Below, in pieces: positions 22,269-30,575 of a stretch of 39,466 bases of DNA. Source of the stretch: a virus. Position numbers and translations under genes: made by a program. Within the stretch, counting starts at the first letter, position 1. Every line of letters begins with the position of its first letter. The DNA is taken from the IMG/VR virus record IMGVR_UViG_3300042743_000016, one strand, 5' to 3'. The notes under the pieces were generated by a model, which was not told the DNA's origin, did no database searches, and worked only from the letters and a program-made list of their open reading frames with translations.

Positions 22269-22874
22269 ATGCAAAAAGTCGCCGCCGCCCTTGTCCAAGC
22301 TCAGAAAGCCTTTGGCCCTGCGCTCAAGACCAACACCAACCCGCACTTCAAAAGCAAGTACGCCGACCTCTCCGCCTGCGTCGAAGCTGTGATTGATGCG
22401 CTCCATGCTAACGGCATTGCCCTCATTCAGCGCAACGTCCCCACCGATTCCGGCGTGTGCATCGAAACCGTGTTCGTGCATGAGTCCGGCGAAATGCTGT
22501 CATCCGGCCCCCTGCATGTTCCCGCCGCCAAGCAAGACCCGCAAGGCTACGGATCGGCCCTGACCTACGCCCGCCGCTATTCCCTCATGGCTGCTTGTGG
22601 CATCGCCCCCGAGGACGACGATGGAAACGCCGCAGTCAAGGCAAAGCAAGACCAACGCAGCCGGGAGCGTGAGGCGTGGATTCGTGACTGGTGCGCCGCC
22701 ATTGATGCCGCCGCCAGCAGCGACGAACTCAAGGACACCACCGATGACGCAGTGAAGGCCGCACGCGACATGAAGGACGCTGACGCAGAAGGGCAATTCC
22801 TCGCCGCCAAGGCGACCAAGATTGCCAAGGTCAAGGCCAAAAAGGGGCAAACCGATGCTGCGCCCACTGCCTGA
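22269..22874 (+). CDS. erf: ERF-family single-strand annealing protein
   Basis: 201 aa from the ATG at 22269. ...NPHFKSKYADLSACVEAV... and GSALTYARRYSLMAACGI are ERF-family signatures. Confidence 0.75.
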   Translation: MQKVAAALVQAQKAFGPALKTNTNPHFKSKYADLSACVEAVIDALHANGIALIQRNVPTDSGVCIETVFVHESGEMLSSGPLHVPAAKQDPQGYGSALTYARRYSLMAACGIAPEDDDGNAAVKAKQDQRSREREAWIRDWCAAIDAAASSDELKDTTDDAVKAARDMKDADAEGQFLAAKATKIAKVKAKKGQTDAAPTA

Positions 22875-23064
22875 CTTCAACGACTCCGAAAAGCTGGCAA
22901 AGCTGGGCAGGGAGTACGCACTACGGGAGGCATGGCGCGATGCCCTCTCCCAGCTCCGCGACTCGGTCACAGCACTGAACAGCGATCACCCTGACGCCCT
23001 TGCATCTGCCCGCCAGGCAGTTGATCGGCTGGAGAAAATCAAGGCACACAAGGAGGCCGCATGA
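22855..23064 (+). CDS. Hypothetical 69-aa protein
   Basis: ATG at 22855 preceded by AAGGGG. Overlaps the erf 3' end by 20 nt. Confidence 0.5.
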   Translation: MLRPLPDFNDSEKLAKLGREYALREAWRDALSQLRDSVTALNSDHPDALASARQAVDRLEKIKAHKEAA

Positions 23065-23285
23065 GCACACTGCAAAACGGCGCGGCCTATCGCGTCAACA
23101 GCAGCCGAAAAGGCACCTTCCGCGGCAAGTTGCTGCACCACTGCGACACGTGGGCGACGCTCGAAATCACGTCTGGCAAGGCTGGGGCAATGCTGGACTA
23201 CAACGTCCGCGAGAAAGGCGAAGAGGTCACGGTGCGGAGATCGTTCTGCACGTTCACTGAAGTCGCCCCAAAGGAGGCCGCATGA
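23061..23285 (+). CDS. Hypothetical 74-aa protein
   Basis: ATGA-coupled. Flanked on both sides by the identical 15-nt junction AAGGAGGCCGCATGA. Confidence 0.6.
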   Translation: MSTLQNGAAYRVNSSRKGTFRGKLLHHCDTWATLEITSGKAGAMLDYNVREKGEEVTVRRSFCTFTEVAPKEAA

Positions 23286-23803
23286 CCGACCACGAGAAGC
23301 GGATTCGGGACTTCCTGAGCGGCCGGGCCACGATGCGCGGGCTTTGTCCTGAGCAGATCGCCGGTGCGAACGATAGCCGACTGAATGCTTCCGACCTCCG
23401 CGCCCTGCTTGCCGATCTTGACTCAAAGACGGCTGCACTGAATCGGATTGCCGCGTGGCCCGAAGGCGAGCAAGTCACGCCCGAGTTTGACGAGCCTCAC
23501 GCCGCCGCGATTGCCCGCGATGTTCTCGGCGTCATGAGCGATGCAGATGGCGCTCAGGACGCACCCATTCCATGTGACGTGTTCGCGGGCGGATCGCTTT
23601 TCAAGAAGGGCACGCCATTCTGCGAGTTGGCCGAGCACATGGAAACGGAAGCTGCGCGCTTGGTTTGGGCGATGGGCCACATGGGTATGTCAAACGATCA
23701 CAGCCGCAACTTCACCGCGCACGTTTTGCGCGTTGGCGGCATGGGAGACATCCACGATTGCCGGACGTTCATCGACGCCGCCCTCAAAGGAGCCGCGCCA
23801 TGA
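23282..23803 (+). CDS. Hypothetical protein
   Basis: 173-aa ORF, ATGA-coupled. Confidence 0.65.
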   Translation: MTDHEKRIRDFLSGRATMRGLCPEQIAGANDSRLNASDLRALLADLDSKTAALNRIAAWPEGEQVTPEFDEPHAAAIARDVLGVMSDADGAQDAPIPCDVFAGGSLFKKGTPFCELAEHMETEAARLVWAMGHMGMSNDHSRNFTAHVLRVGGMGDIHDCRTFIDAALKGAAP

Positions 23804-24132
23804 CTGACCTCGTTTCGCAACTGGTGGGGGCGTTGGAGCGCCTGTCTGGGCAGTGCGAGCGCGTGCGCCTGCCAGGACAACCAATGTCCGATGCGGAGAA
23901 GAGCGCCATTGCCGCCCTCACTGCCGCAAAGGCGGGCGGGTGGGTGGCTGTGCCGGTGGAGGCGGCGAGGCTTGCAGGCGTGGCACTCAGCGAGCACCCG
24001 GGCCATTCACCTCTCACCGACTGGGAGCATGCAGCGATGAAAGCGTGCTCCTTGCTCGCAGCAAGGCCCCTCCCCAATCCGCCGAAGGAGCAATCAGCCG
24101 GGGGGCTTGGCTCGCTTGATGACGGAGCGTAG
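23800..24132 (+). CDS. Hypothetical 110-aa protein
   Basis: ATGA-coupled internal start of track ORF 23665..24132 (MTDLVSQLVG...). Confidence 0.6.
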   Translation: MTDLVSQLVGALERLSGQCERVRLPGQPMSDAEKSAIAALTAAKAGGWVAVPVEAARLAGVALSEHPGHSPLTDWEHAAMKACSLLAARPLPNPPKEQSAGGLGSLDDGA

Positions 24133-24255
24133 CCACTCCAGGCCGTGAGCGTCGATCTTCGCCCACAGGTCTGGAGGCAAGCGGATGGACCGCTGCACCA
24201 GCTTTTCGGCCTCAGGCTTTGGTGGGCGCCCACCCTTGTTCTTAGGTTGTTCCAT
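24094..24255 (-). CDS. 53-aa ribbon-helix-helix (Arc/Mnt/CopG-like) regulator
   Basis: Not in the track. MEQPKNKGGRPPKPEAEKLVQRSIRLPPDLWAKIDAHGLEWLRSVIKRAKPPG. The basic arm followed by R-S-I-R-L-P..L...I is a typical RHH strand-helix start. Confidence 0.6.
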   Translation of the reverse strand: MEQPKNKGGRPPKPEAEKLVQRSIRLPPDLWAKIDAHGLEWLRSVIKRAKPPG

Positions 24256-24262
24256 GGCGGCA

Positions 24263-24314
24263 AGTATACGTCACTCAAAAACCTGTTGACAACGCCATGT
24301 TTCCGTGATTCAAT
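24263..24314. promoter_or_regulatory. Back-to-back divergent promoters with overlapping -35 hexamers
   Basis: Plus strand: TTGACA (24286-91)-N17-TTCAAT (24309-14). Minus strand: TTGTCA (24287-92)-N18-TATACT (24263-68), with the RHH ATG only 7 nt after the -10. Confidence 0.5.
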
Positions 24315-24347
24315 AACTACATCGCACAACGCACCGGAGAACGAAAA

Positions 24348-24542
24348 ATGACCACCAAGCAACAACTGATCAAGGAAGCCGCCAGCATCGAAGCAAGCGC
24401 CCGCGACAGCCTGCAAGCGTGGGCCATCTTGGGCCAGACCAGCAAGTACAGCGAAGCGATGGAGAAGGCCGCAAAGCTGCGCAAGGCCGCCGACATGGGC
24501 GTGGCGATGCGCCGCGAGTTCATGCGCAACCACTCCCTGTAA
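24348..24542 (+). CDS. Hypothetical 64-aa helical protein
   Basis: GGAG RBS with 8-nt spacing. First gene after the internal promoter. Confidence 0.6.
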   Translation: MTTKQQLIKEAASIEASARDSLQAWAILGQTSKYSEAMEKAAKLRKAADMGVAMRREFMRNHSL

Positions 24543-24580
24543 CCCCACCCCGGCCGCCGAGCGCGGCCCAAGGAACCAGC

Positions 24581-25531
24581 ATGACCAATCCCCCCGCAAT
24601 GCCTGAGCGCTTCACCAAGAAGCCCGTGACTATTGAAGCGTTCCAGATGACCGAAGCGCGTCGCATGGACAACCGCGATTGGCCTGAGTGGCTGAACGAA
24701 GCGTGGAACAAAGCAGAAGGCCAGCCCGGCGCACTGTTCCGCCAAAACATGGACGCCCCGCTGCCTGATCTGCTGTGCATTCAGACGCTTGAAGGCATCC
24801 ACCTCGTCAACTGGGGCGACTGGATCATTCGCGGCGTCAAGGGCGAGCTGTACCCGTGCAAGCCTGACATCTTCGAGATGACGTATGAACGCGCCGCCCT
24901 GCAATCCGCGCAACCGGCAGAGATGTCGGATGATGCAGTGAACGCACTTGTCGCCCAGGCGATCTTCTTCAAAGAAGGGGCGACAACGGTTCGGCAGCTT
25001 CGGCTTGAGATTCAAGCCATCCTCCCCCAGCGCCCAGCAGCGCAGGCCGCGCAAGGCGTGCCGGAGGGGCCGACACAAGAGGCGATGACGTCGAAGTGGT
25101 GCTGGTGGCTTGGCGACGGCGAACGCTTCCAGATCGTTGAAACAGAATCTGAGGCGCACGGCGAGGCGCAGTGCAGCATTGATGACGACTGCGATCCCGG
25201 GCAAACGCACCAGTACAGCATCGCCCGCGTGCAGCATCCAATTGATGCGCTTGGCATGGGCTGGCTTGCGGAGCACGTCGCTGAGTCCATCGCGGAAAAC
25301 GCATGCTGCTGGTGCGATGACAACACAGGCGCGGAAGAGCCTTCGATCATGCTGTCGGCCGATGACAAGAAGGCGCTCGGCATCATGGTTGCGGGATTCC
25401 TGCGGCAGCGGGTCGGCGTTGATTGGTGGACTGCTGACCAGAAGACCGTCCGCCTGCACACCTACGTGTCAGGCAGCAACGACGGAGCACCAGGCGCCAC
25501 CGCAGCCCAGCAAGGAGCCGAGCATGGCTGA
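24581..25531 (+). CDS. Hypothetical 316-aa protein
   Basis: ATG at 24581 preceded by AAGGA; the track ORF starts upstream in junk sequence. N-terminal domain FTKKPVTIEAFQM...GDWIIRGVKGELYPCKPDIFEMTYE. Confidence 0.65.
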   Translation: MTNPPAMPERFTKKPVTIEAFQMTEARRMDNRDWPEWLNEAWNKAEGQPGALFRQNMDAPLPDLLCIQTLEGIHLVNWGDWIIRGVKGELYPCKPDIFEMTYERAALQSAQPAEMSDDAVNALVAQAIFFKEGATTVRQLRLEIQAILPQRPAAQAAQGVPEGPTQEAMTSKWCWWLGDGERFQIVETESEAHGEAQCSIDDDCDPGQTHQYSIARVQHPIDALGMGWLAEHVAESIAENACCWCDDNTGAEEPSIMLSADDKKALGIMVAGFLRQRVGVDWWTADQKTVRLHTYVSGSNDGAPGATAAQQGAEHG

Positions 25532-25928
25532 CCAGACCATCACCGTGCCACAGCGCCACGCTGGCGAATCCGACCTGGACTACCTGCGACGCAAAGAGGT
25601 GTCGTGGGGCCTCTGGCAGTCTGACGCTCTGGAGCGCATCGAGCAGCAGGATCAGACCATCGATGCCATGCAAGCCCGCATTGAAGAGCTGGAAGGCACC
25701 TTGAGCGCCGCGAAGACTGCCGCCGAAGCTGTCGCGAAGCTGGTGGGCTACGGGCTTTACACCCAGAGCCCCGACGACTTGGCCCGCGATGTGTGCGGGC
25801 ACATCAATCTGATGGGTGGCATGCACGGTGACCCTGACTATCTCAAGGGCGGCAAGTCAGAGCAGACCTGCCGACACATTGACCTGCGCAGCCGCAAGAC
25901 TCGCAAGATAGCAAAGGCCACGCAATGA
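25524..25928 (+). CDS. Hypothetical 134-aa protein (central coiled coil)
   Basis: ATG at 25524 preceded by AAGGAG. Confidence 0.6.
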   Translation: MADQTITVPQRHAGESDLDYLRRKEVSWGLWQSDALERIEQQDQTIDAMQARIEELEGTLSAAKTAAEAVAKLVGYGLYTQSPDDLARDVCGHINLMGGMHGDPDYLKGGKSEQTCRHIDLRSRKTRKIAKATQ

Positions 25929-26152
25929 GCTACACGCCAGAAATCACCGAGATCACCATTGCCGATCCAACAGGAACGGCTGTCGCCGTCATCAGGCGGA
26001 TGGATGAGGTGTCGCTAGACGTGCGCGCAGAGAGCCTCCTGACAAATTCGCAGGACTGGCCTGACATCTCCGCAGCGATTCTTGCGGGGCTGATCCGCAT
26101 GGAGAAAAGCACACGGCAGGCTCAAGCAACAGCAAACGAGGCCACGCAATGA
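25925..26152 (+). CDS. Hypothetical 75-aa protein
   Basis: ATGA-coupled ORF. Confidence 0.6.
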   Translation: MSYTPEITEITIADPTGTAVAVIRRMDEVSLDVRAESLLTNSQDWPDISAAILAGLIRMEKSTRQAQATANEATQ

Positions 26153-26403
26153 CACCGATCAGAGAGCAATTCGCCCAGTGGTTTGCCAAGCGCTACCCGG
26201 ACACCACCAGCGTGTACAGCGAGTTCAAGGCCACGACTGTGCGCGACCTCATGCGCGAGGCCCACGCAGCAGGCCTAGAGCAAGGGCTGCGGGAGGCTGC
26301 GGCAAAGGTCCGCGCCATCCTGACCGACTGCGAAGCGCGTGACGTTGACGACCCGGAACTTGAGCAAGTCGCTCAGGACATCGAGCAACTGCGCTCAGAT
26401 TGA
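26149..26403 (+). CDS. Hypothetical 84-aa protein
   Basis: ATGA-coupled ORF. Confidence 0.6.
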   Translation: MTPIREQFAQWFAKRYPDTTSVYSEFKATTVRDLMREAHAAGLEQGLREAAAKVRAILTDCEARDVDDPELEQVAQDIEQLRSD

Positions 26404-26523
26404 ACGCCCGGTTAGGCCTGGTGGCAGATGCCAAGGGCCTGACCAACACACGAAGCCGGGGCCACAGGCCCGGGCGCTTTAAAACTGAGCAGGGCCGCAG
26501 GCCTTGCGGATAGGAGAGCGAAG

Positions 26524-27213
26524 ATGGACCTGAGACCTATTGCCCAAGTTGTCGCGGTTGAACCGGCTGGCCCTGATGGGCACGGCGTGAACTGGCTGGA
26601 CGGGAAGCCGCCAAAGCCTGGCGATCTGCTGTACCGCGCTGAAGACATCAATCGGGGGTGCGCAGGGCTGCGCGAGGCAGCACAAAACGCGCTGGTAACC
26701 CTTGATGGCATCGCCGATACGAACCCGCGAGACACGGCTGATTTTGAAACCCCAGCCGAGTGGATTACGTGGGCCAAGTCTCGCGCCCGTTGGGCTGCTG
26801 ACGCGCTGCGCGTACCTGTCGCCCAGGAGATTCACGCCGAGCTCATTCTGAAACAAATGATGGATGAGGCCCAGCGAGTCGATAAGACGCGCGCAACCTG
26901 CGGCTTCGTTGGGCAAGAAGACCCCGTGAAGGGTTGCCCGAAATGCGGGTTTGATGACATGCGAGCCAAAGCCGCAGAACACCGCGACGGAAGGCTTTCG
27001 GCGCTTGAAGATGTTGCTGTTCTGCGAGGTGAGCGCGGCGTACTGGTGCGCCTGCTGGTGGAGGCCGACAAAGTGCTGAGCACGCTGGAGGGTGAGAGTA
27101 CCGACGAGCAGGAAATGCTGGAAGGGCTGCGCCGCCAGATTTTGGCGGCTACCGCACAGCACAGACCGCAGGAGTCTGACCTGCTTTCTGTGCGCGCAGG
27201 TCTTGGGGCCTAA
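26524..27213 (+). CDS. Hypothetical 229-aa protein with a CxxC...CxxC-like zinc ribbon
   Basis: TAGGAGAG RBS. Contains CGFVGQEDPVKGCPKCGF. Confidence 0.65.
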   Translation: MDLRPIAQVVAVEPAGPDGHGVNWLDGKPPKPGDLLYRAEDINRGCAGLREAAQNALVTLDGIADTNPRDTADFETPAEWITWAKSRARWAADALRVPVAQEIHAELILKQMMDEAQRVDKTRATCGFVGQEDPVKGCPKCGFDDMRAKAAEHRDGRLSALEDVAVLRGERGVLVRLLVEADKVLSTLEGESTDEQEMLEGLRRQILAATAQHRPQESDLLSVRAGLGA

Positions 27214-27311
27214 CCCCTTGAATTAAGCGGCCCGCGCTTTGCGGTGCCAGATGCGCGGACTTGCAAGGGTCCGCTTGAATGATGAGTTAGGCCTGTGGCC
27301 GAAGCGAAAGG

Positions 27312-27497
27312 ATGACGATGAGCAAGGACGAAAAGCGAGTGCCTTCGCTGCTGTGCGATATGTGTGGGAGAGTTTTCCGGCCAGGCGATGCGCCCAAATG
27401 TGGGGCGCTGGTTGGCGGCAAGCAATGGTGCGATCAGCGCGTGCTTGAGCGCGAACTGGATGCACGACTGTTGCCAGCGCCAAACGCCAAGGCCTGA
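27312..27497 (+). CDS. Hypothetical 61-aa Cys-rich protein
   Basis: Contains CDMCGRVF...CGALVGGKQWC. AAAGGA lies upstream. Confidence 0.5.
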   Translation: MTMSKDEKRVPSLLCDMCGRVFRPGDAPKCGALVGGKQWCDQRVLERELDARLLPAPNAKA

Positions 27498-27547
27498 ATA
27501 GTTTTCGGAATATTTTGCGGCCCGCTTTGTGGCCTGGAAGGAGCAAC

Positions 27548-27862
27548 ATGGAATTCAAACACACGCCCGGGCCGTGGATCGGGGCAGGCCCCAGCTTTGG
27601 CGACCCGCTCCCGCACTACACCACCGAGATCCTAGTGGAGGCAGAAAACGAGGACGGTGATTGCCAGCCTATTTGCACGCTGCCGTTTGACTTCCTCGAC
27701 GCCGAGAACGAGGCCAACGCACGATTGATTGCAGCGGCGCCGGATCTTTTGGATGCCCTGGACACACTGTGCAACCGCATTGAGCTGGAGAGCGCCACAC
27801 CGCTTGACTGGCCTGCGTACACGCAAGCCCGCTCAGCAATTGCCAAGGCTGTTGGGGCCTAA
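27548..27862 (+). CDS. HTPGPW...[14 protein letters not shown] family protein (paralog 2)
   Basis: 104 aa from the ATG at 27548, preceded by GGAAGGAG. Shares motifs with 20851..21111. Confidence 0.7.
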   Translation: MEFKHTPGPWIGAGPSFGDPLPHYTTEILVEAENEDGDCQPICTLPFDFLDAENEANARLIAAAPDLLDALDTLCNRIELESATPLDWPAYTQARSAIAKAVGA

Positions 27863-27931
27863 CCCCTTTTTAGACCAACCCGCCACCCGCCGCGCCATCG
27901 TCCGCGCTGCGGCAGAGATTGGGGGGGAGTG

Positions 27932-28075
27932 ATGAGCAAGCGCGACATCCGCAAAGCCCGCAAGCACGCCGAACAGCAGCAGTGGAGCGACCCCTACGAC
28001 GACGAACAGCAGACCGGCGACGCATCGGACGGGTGCGGCGAGCCGGTGGGCGGCGATGAGGAACAGGAGCAGTGA
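27932..28075 (+). CDS. 47-aa protein with a basic N-terminus and strongly acidic C-terminus
   Basis: Not in the track. MSKRDIRKARKHAEQQQWSDPYDDEQQTGDASDGCGEPVGGDEEQEQ. GGGAG RBS; its stop abuts the xis ATG. Confidence 0.45.
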   Translation: MSKRDIRKARKHAEQQQWSDPYDDEQQTGDASDGCGEPVGGDEEQEQ

Positions 28076-28270
28076 ATGAGTGCGACAGACCAAATGACCG
28101 ACGACCCAATCCTGACCCGCGCCGACATCATGGCCCGCCTCGGTGTCAGCCGCGAAACCGTGCGGCAGTGGCTCAAGGCCAAGCGCCTGCCCGAGCCGGA
28201 TGTGGCACTGAGCCGCAAGACGGTGGGGTGGAAGCGCTCGACCCTGGCCGCGGCGGGCGTCAACCTGTGA
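28076..28270 (+). CDS. xis: AlpA-family excisionase/DNA-binding protein
   Basis: 64 aa. ILTRADIMARLGVSRETVRQWLKAKRLPEP...VGWKRSTL matches the AlpA/Xis HTH pattern. Converges on int with an 11-nt overlap. Confidence 0.75.
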   Translation: MSATDQMTDDPILTRADIMARLGVSRETVRQWLKAKRLPEPDVALSRKTVGWKRSTLAAAGVNL

Positions 28271-29441
28271 CCAGCCCCTGCGCCTGGAGCCAGTCGGCCC
28301 AGGCCTGCAGCATCTCCCGGCGCTGCGGCAGGTAGGCGGCCCGGTTGTACGCCGCCCGCACTTTGTCGTCGGGCACGTGCGCAAGCTGGCGCTCAATGGC
28401 GTCCGGCTGCCACCCCGCCTCATTGGCCCACGTCGAAGCCACCGACCGCCACCCGTGGCCCGTCATCTGGCCCTTGTAGCCCATGCGGTGCAGCAGGTAG
28501 AGCACGGCGTTTTCGCTCATCGGCCGCGCCCCGGTGTGCTCTGCCGGGAAGACATACTCAGACCCACGCGCGCGCTGCCTGAGCACGGCCAGCACCGCCA
28601 CCGCCTGGCGCGACAGCGGGACGATGTGCTCATTGCGCCGCTTCATCTTGCCGGCCGGGATGCGCCACTGTGACCAGGCATCGGGCTTGCCCTCCAACTC
28701 TGACCACAGCATGGTGCGCAGCTCCACCGTGCGAACCCACGTCAAGGCCAGCAGCTTGCACGCCAGGACGGACTGCAACTCAGCCTCAAACCCCAGGCGC
28801 TCGAAAAACTCCGGCACCTGAGCCGGCGCGATGGCCGCGTGCGACTCTTTGGCTGGCACGCGAAACGCCTTCTTGGTGTTGATCGACGCTGCCGGGTTGT
28901 CGTCCCGGTGCCCGCGCTCGATGGCCCAGTCGAACACCTGCGACACCCATGTCCGCACCGCCCGGACATAGACCAGCAGCCCGGCCTTGTCCATTTCGAG
29001 CAAGGCGTCCAGCAATTCCTGGCGGGTGATCTGGTCGATGGGCCGCGAGCACAGCTTGGAGAGGTGGTGCTTGATGCCGTTGACAGCGTTCATCCGGTAG
29101 GCATCCGTGATGTCGAGCCGACCTTCCCAGTAGGCATCCGTGGCGGCACCCAGCGTGGGCACACCTGGCCGCGCCTTGGGTGCCTTCGGGCTGCCGCCGT
29201 CCACGAGCGTGCGCCGCACCTCGTCGCGCTTCGCCCGGGCCTCGGCCAAACCGATCAGCGGATAGGGGCCGATCACGTGCGTCTGCGCCTTGCCGTCCTG
29301 GCGGTAGGCCATGCGCCAGACCTTGGCGCCCTTGGGGCTCACGTAGAGGTACATGGAGTGCCCGTCAAACAGCTTGTAAGCTGTCTCCCTGGGCTCGGCT
29401 TTGCGGCACTGCGCGTCCGTCAGCTTGTTGACTGTAGGCAT
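28260..29441 (-). CDS. int: Tyrosine integrase, P4-like (N-terminal DUF4102-type arm-binding domain)
   Basis: 393 aa. MPTVNKLTDAQCRKAEPRE.AYKLFDGHSMYLYVSPKGAKVWRMAYR is the classic N-terminus. The C-terminal HGWRSVAS...LAH...AYNRAAY supplies the catalytic residues. Confidence 0.95.
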   Translation of the reverse strand: MPTVNKLTDAQCRKAEPRETAYKLFDGHSMYLYVSPKGAKVWRMAYRQDGKAQTHVIGPYPLIGLAEARAKRDEVRRTLVDGGSPKAPKARPGVPTLGAATDAYWEGRLDITDAYRMNAVNGIKHHLSKLCSRPIDQITRQELLDALLEMDKAGLLVYVRAVRTWVSQVFDWAIERGHRDDNPAASINTKKAFRVPAKESHAAIAPAQVPEFFERLGFEAELQSVLACKLLALTWVRTVELRTMLWSELEGKPDAWSQWRIPAGKMKRRNEHIVPLSRQAVAVLAVLRQRARGSEYVFPAEHTGARPMSENAVLYLLHRMGYKGQMTGHGWRSVASTWANEAGWQPDAIERQLAHVPDDKVRAAYNRAAYLPQRREMLQAWADWLQAQGLVTG

Positions 29442-29726
29442 CCTGGCTCCCTGTGGTTTCGGGTGCCTACAAAGATGCCGACCGCGAATCCTGGCGAACC
29501 ATTCCGCAACCTGTCACACCTTGGCATATCGCGCCCAGATAGGGGGCTGATTTTGCAGGGAAAACAGGGCGAATCCTGCCGAATGCTGCGCAAGCGTTGC
29601 GCGTAACTGGCGGGTGCGGTGAGAGGCACACAACCCCTATTCATGGGGCATCTGAGGCACTTTTGCGGCGCGTGCCTACTCGGATGCCTACCGTGACGCC
29701 CTGGTGGTGCGCCGAATCAGGGGTGA
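29442..29726. other. Probable attP region
   Basis: 285-bp non-coding gap next to int. Three TGCCTAC repeats within 29463-29470, 29672-29679 and 29684-29691. Palindrome GCGCAA-GCG-TTGCGC at 29588-29602. Confidence 0.45.
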
Positions 29727-29915
29727 TCAGGCCTTGGCCTTGAGCCGAAACAGCTCCCACAGGCCCGGGTGCATCTGCCGGTTGCCGGCTTCCCATTCCT
29801 GCCACGCGCGCAGGGTGCTGTGGATCAGGCGCGCCGCCTCGGTTTGGGTCAGGCCCGCGGCTTTGCGAGCGGCGCGGATGTCGGCTGGGCTAGGTGAGTC
29901 TTGGCGCTCACTCAT
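29727..29915 (-). CDS. 62-aa XRE-family HTH protein
   Basis: DIRAARKAAGLTQTEAARLIHSTLRAWQEWEAG. The ATG forms an ATGA overlap with the upstream gene. Confidence 0.7.
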   Translation of the reverse strand: MSERQDSPSPADIRAARKAAGLTQTEAARLIHSTLRAWQEWEAGNRQMHPGLWELFRLKAKA

Positions 29916-30157
29916 AGCTCGCAGAACTCCCAGCCGCTCAACATTCCAGCATGCACGCTGCCCAGGGCTTGCAGCTTGCGCACAGTGGGCGCCAGTCGGT
30001 CGTCTGTCATTGCCGCGTTGATGTCGCCCTCGAAATCTGGCAGGACATCGGCCAGATAGACGATGTCCACCAATTGGCCGCCAACGGTAGCAGCCAGCGC
30101 GTGGCCGCTGCCGTGATATTTGCTTTCCAGGCTGTCCGGCACTTTGAATGTTTGCAT
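29912..30157 (-). CDS. 81-aa acidic hypothetical protein, translationally coupled to the XRE gene
   Basis: ATG at 30157 preceded by AGGAG with 6-nt spacing. Confidence 0.6.
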   Translation of the reverse strand: MQTFKVPDSLESKYHGSGHALAATVGGQLVDIVYLADVLPDFEGDINAAMTDDRLAPTVRKLQALGSVHAGMLSGWEFCEL

Positions 30158-30198
30158 CACGCTCTCCTGTTGAGGCCGCGAGCGCGGCCATAGGTAGA

Positions 30199-30495
30199 TC
30201 AGGCCTGCTTGGCGGCCTTGGCTTCAGCGACCGCCTGCTTCCAAGGGCTGCGGGCCAGCTTCTCAGCGCGTCGAGCAGGGGCGCCAGCGGCAATGATCTT
30301 GTTCAGCTTGCCCTTGATGGCGCCGTGAGTAGCATCCACATAAGCCACGTTGGCTGCATCGACTGCGGCCTTCAGAGGCTTCAGGGCCTCGTAGCGCTCC
30401 TTCGACTTCAGGCCTGCATCAGTCAGGCGGGCTTGTTCGGCCACGTAGGCTGCTTGTGCTGCGTCGAGGGCTTGCTTCAGTTCGTTGACGGTCAT
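30199..30495 (-). CDS. 98-aa Ala/Lys-rich helical protein (moron candidate)
   Basis: ATG at 30495 preceded by AGGAG. Has its own promoter downstream of the late-operon terminator. Confidence 0.6.
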   Translation of the reverse strand: MTVNELKQALDAAQAAYVAEQARLTDAGLKSKERYEALKPLKAAVDAANVAYVDATHGAIKGKLNKIIAAGAPARRAEKLARSPWKQAVAEAKAAKQA

Positions 30496-30541
30496 GTTGC
30501 TCTCCTGTTTTGCGTCCAGCACCGCGCTGTCCATGGGCTCA

Positions 30542-30569
30542 AATATACACGCATTGCGTGCATTTGCAA
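30542..30569 (-). promoter_or_regulatory. Sigma70-type promoter with a palindromic operator in the spacer
   Basis: Minus strand reads TTGCAA-N16-TATATT. The spacer contains the perfect palindrome CACGCA-a-TGCGTG (30548-30560). Confidence 0.6.
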
Positions 30570-30575
30570 GCCAAG

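Noticed and set aside
29480-29590. tRNA-like T-arm fragments (GCGAATCCTGG / GCGAATCCTGCC) in the attP region.
   Set aside because: The stems are only 4 bp and the loops do not fit TTCRANY. No acceptor or CCA-proximal sequence follows, so this is not a recognisable tRNA 3' end.
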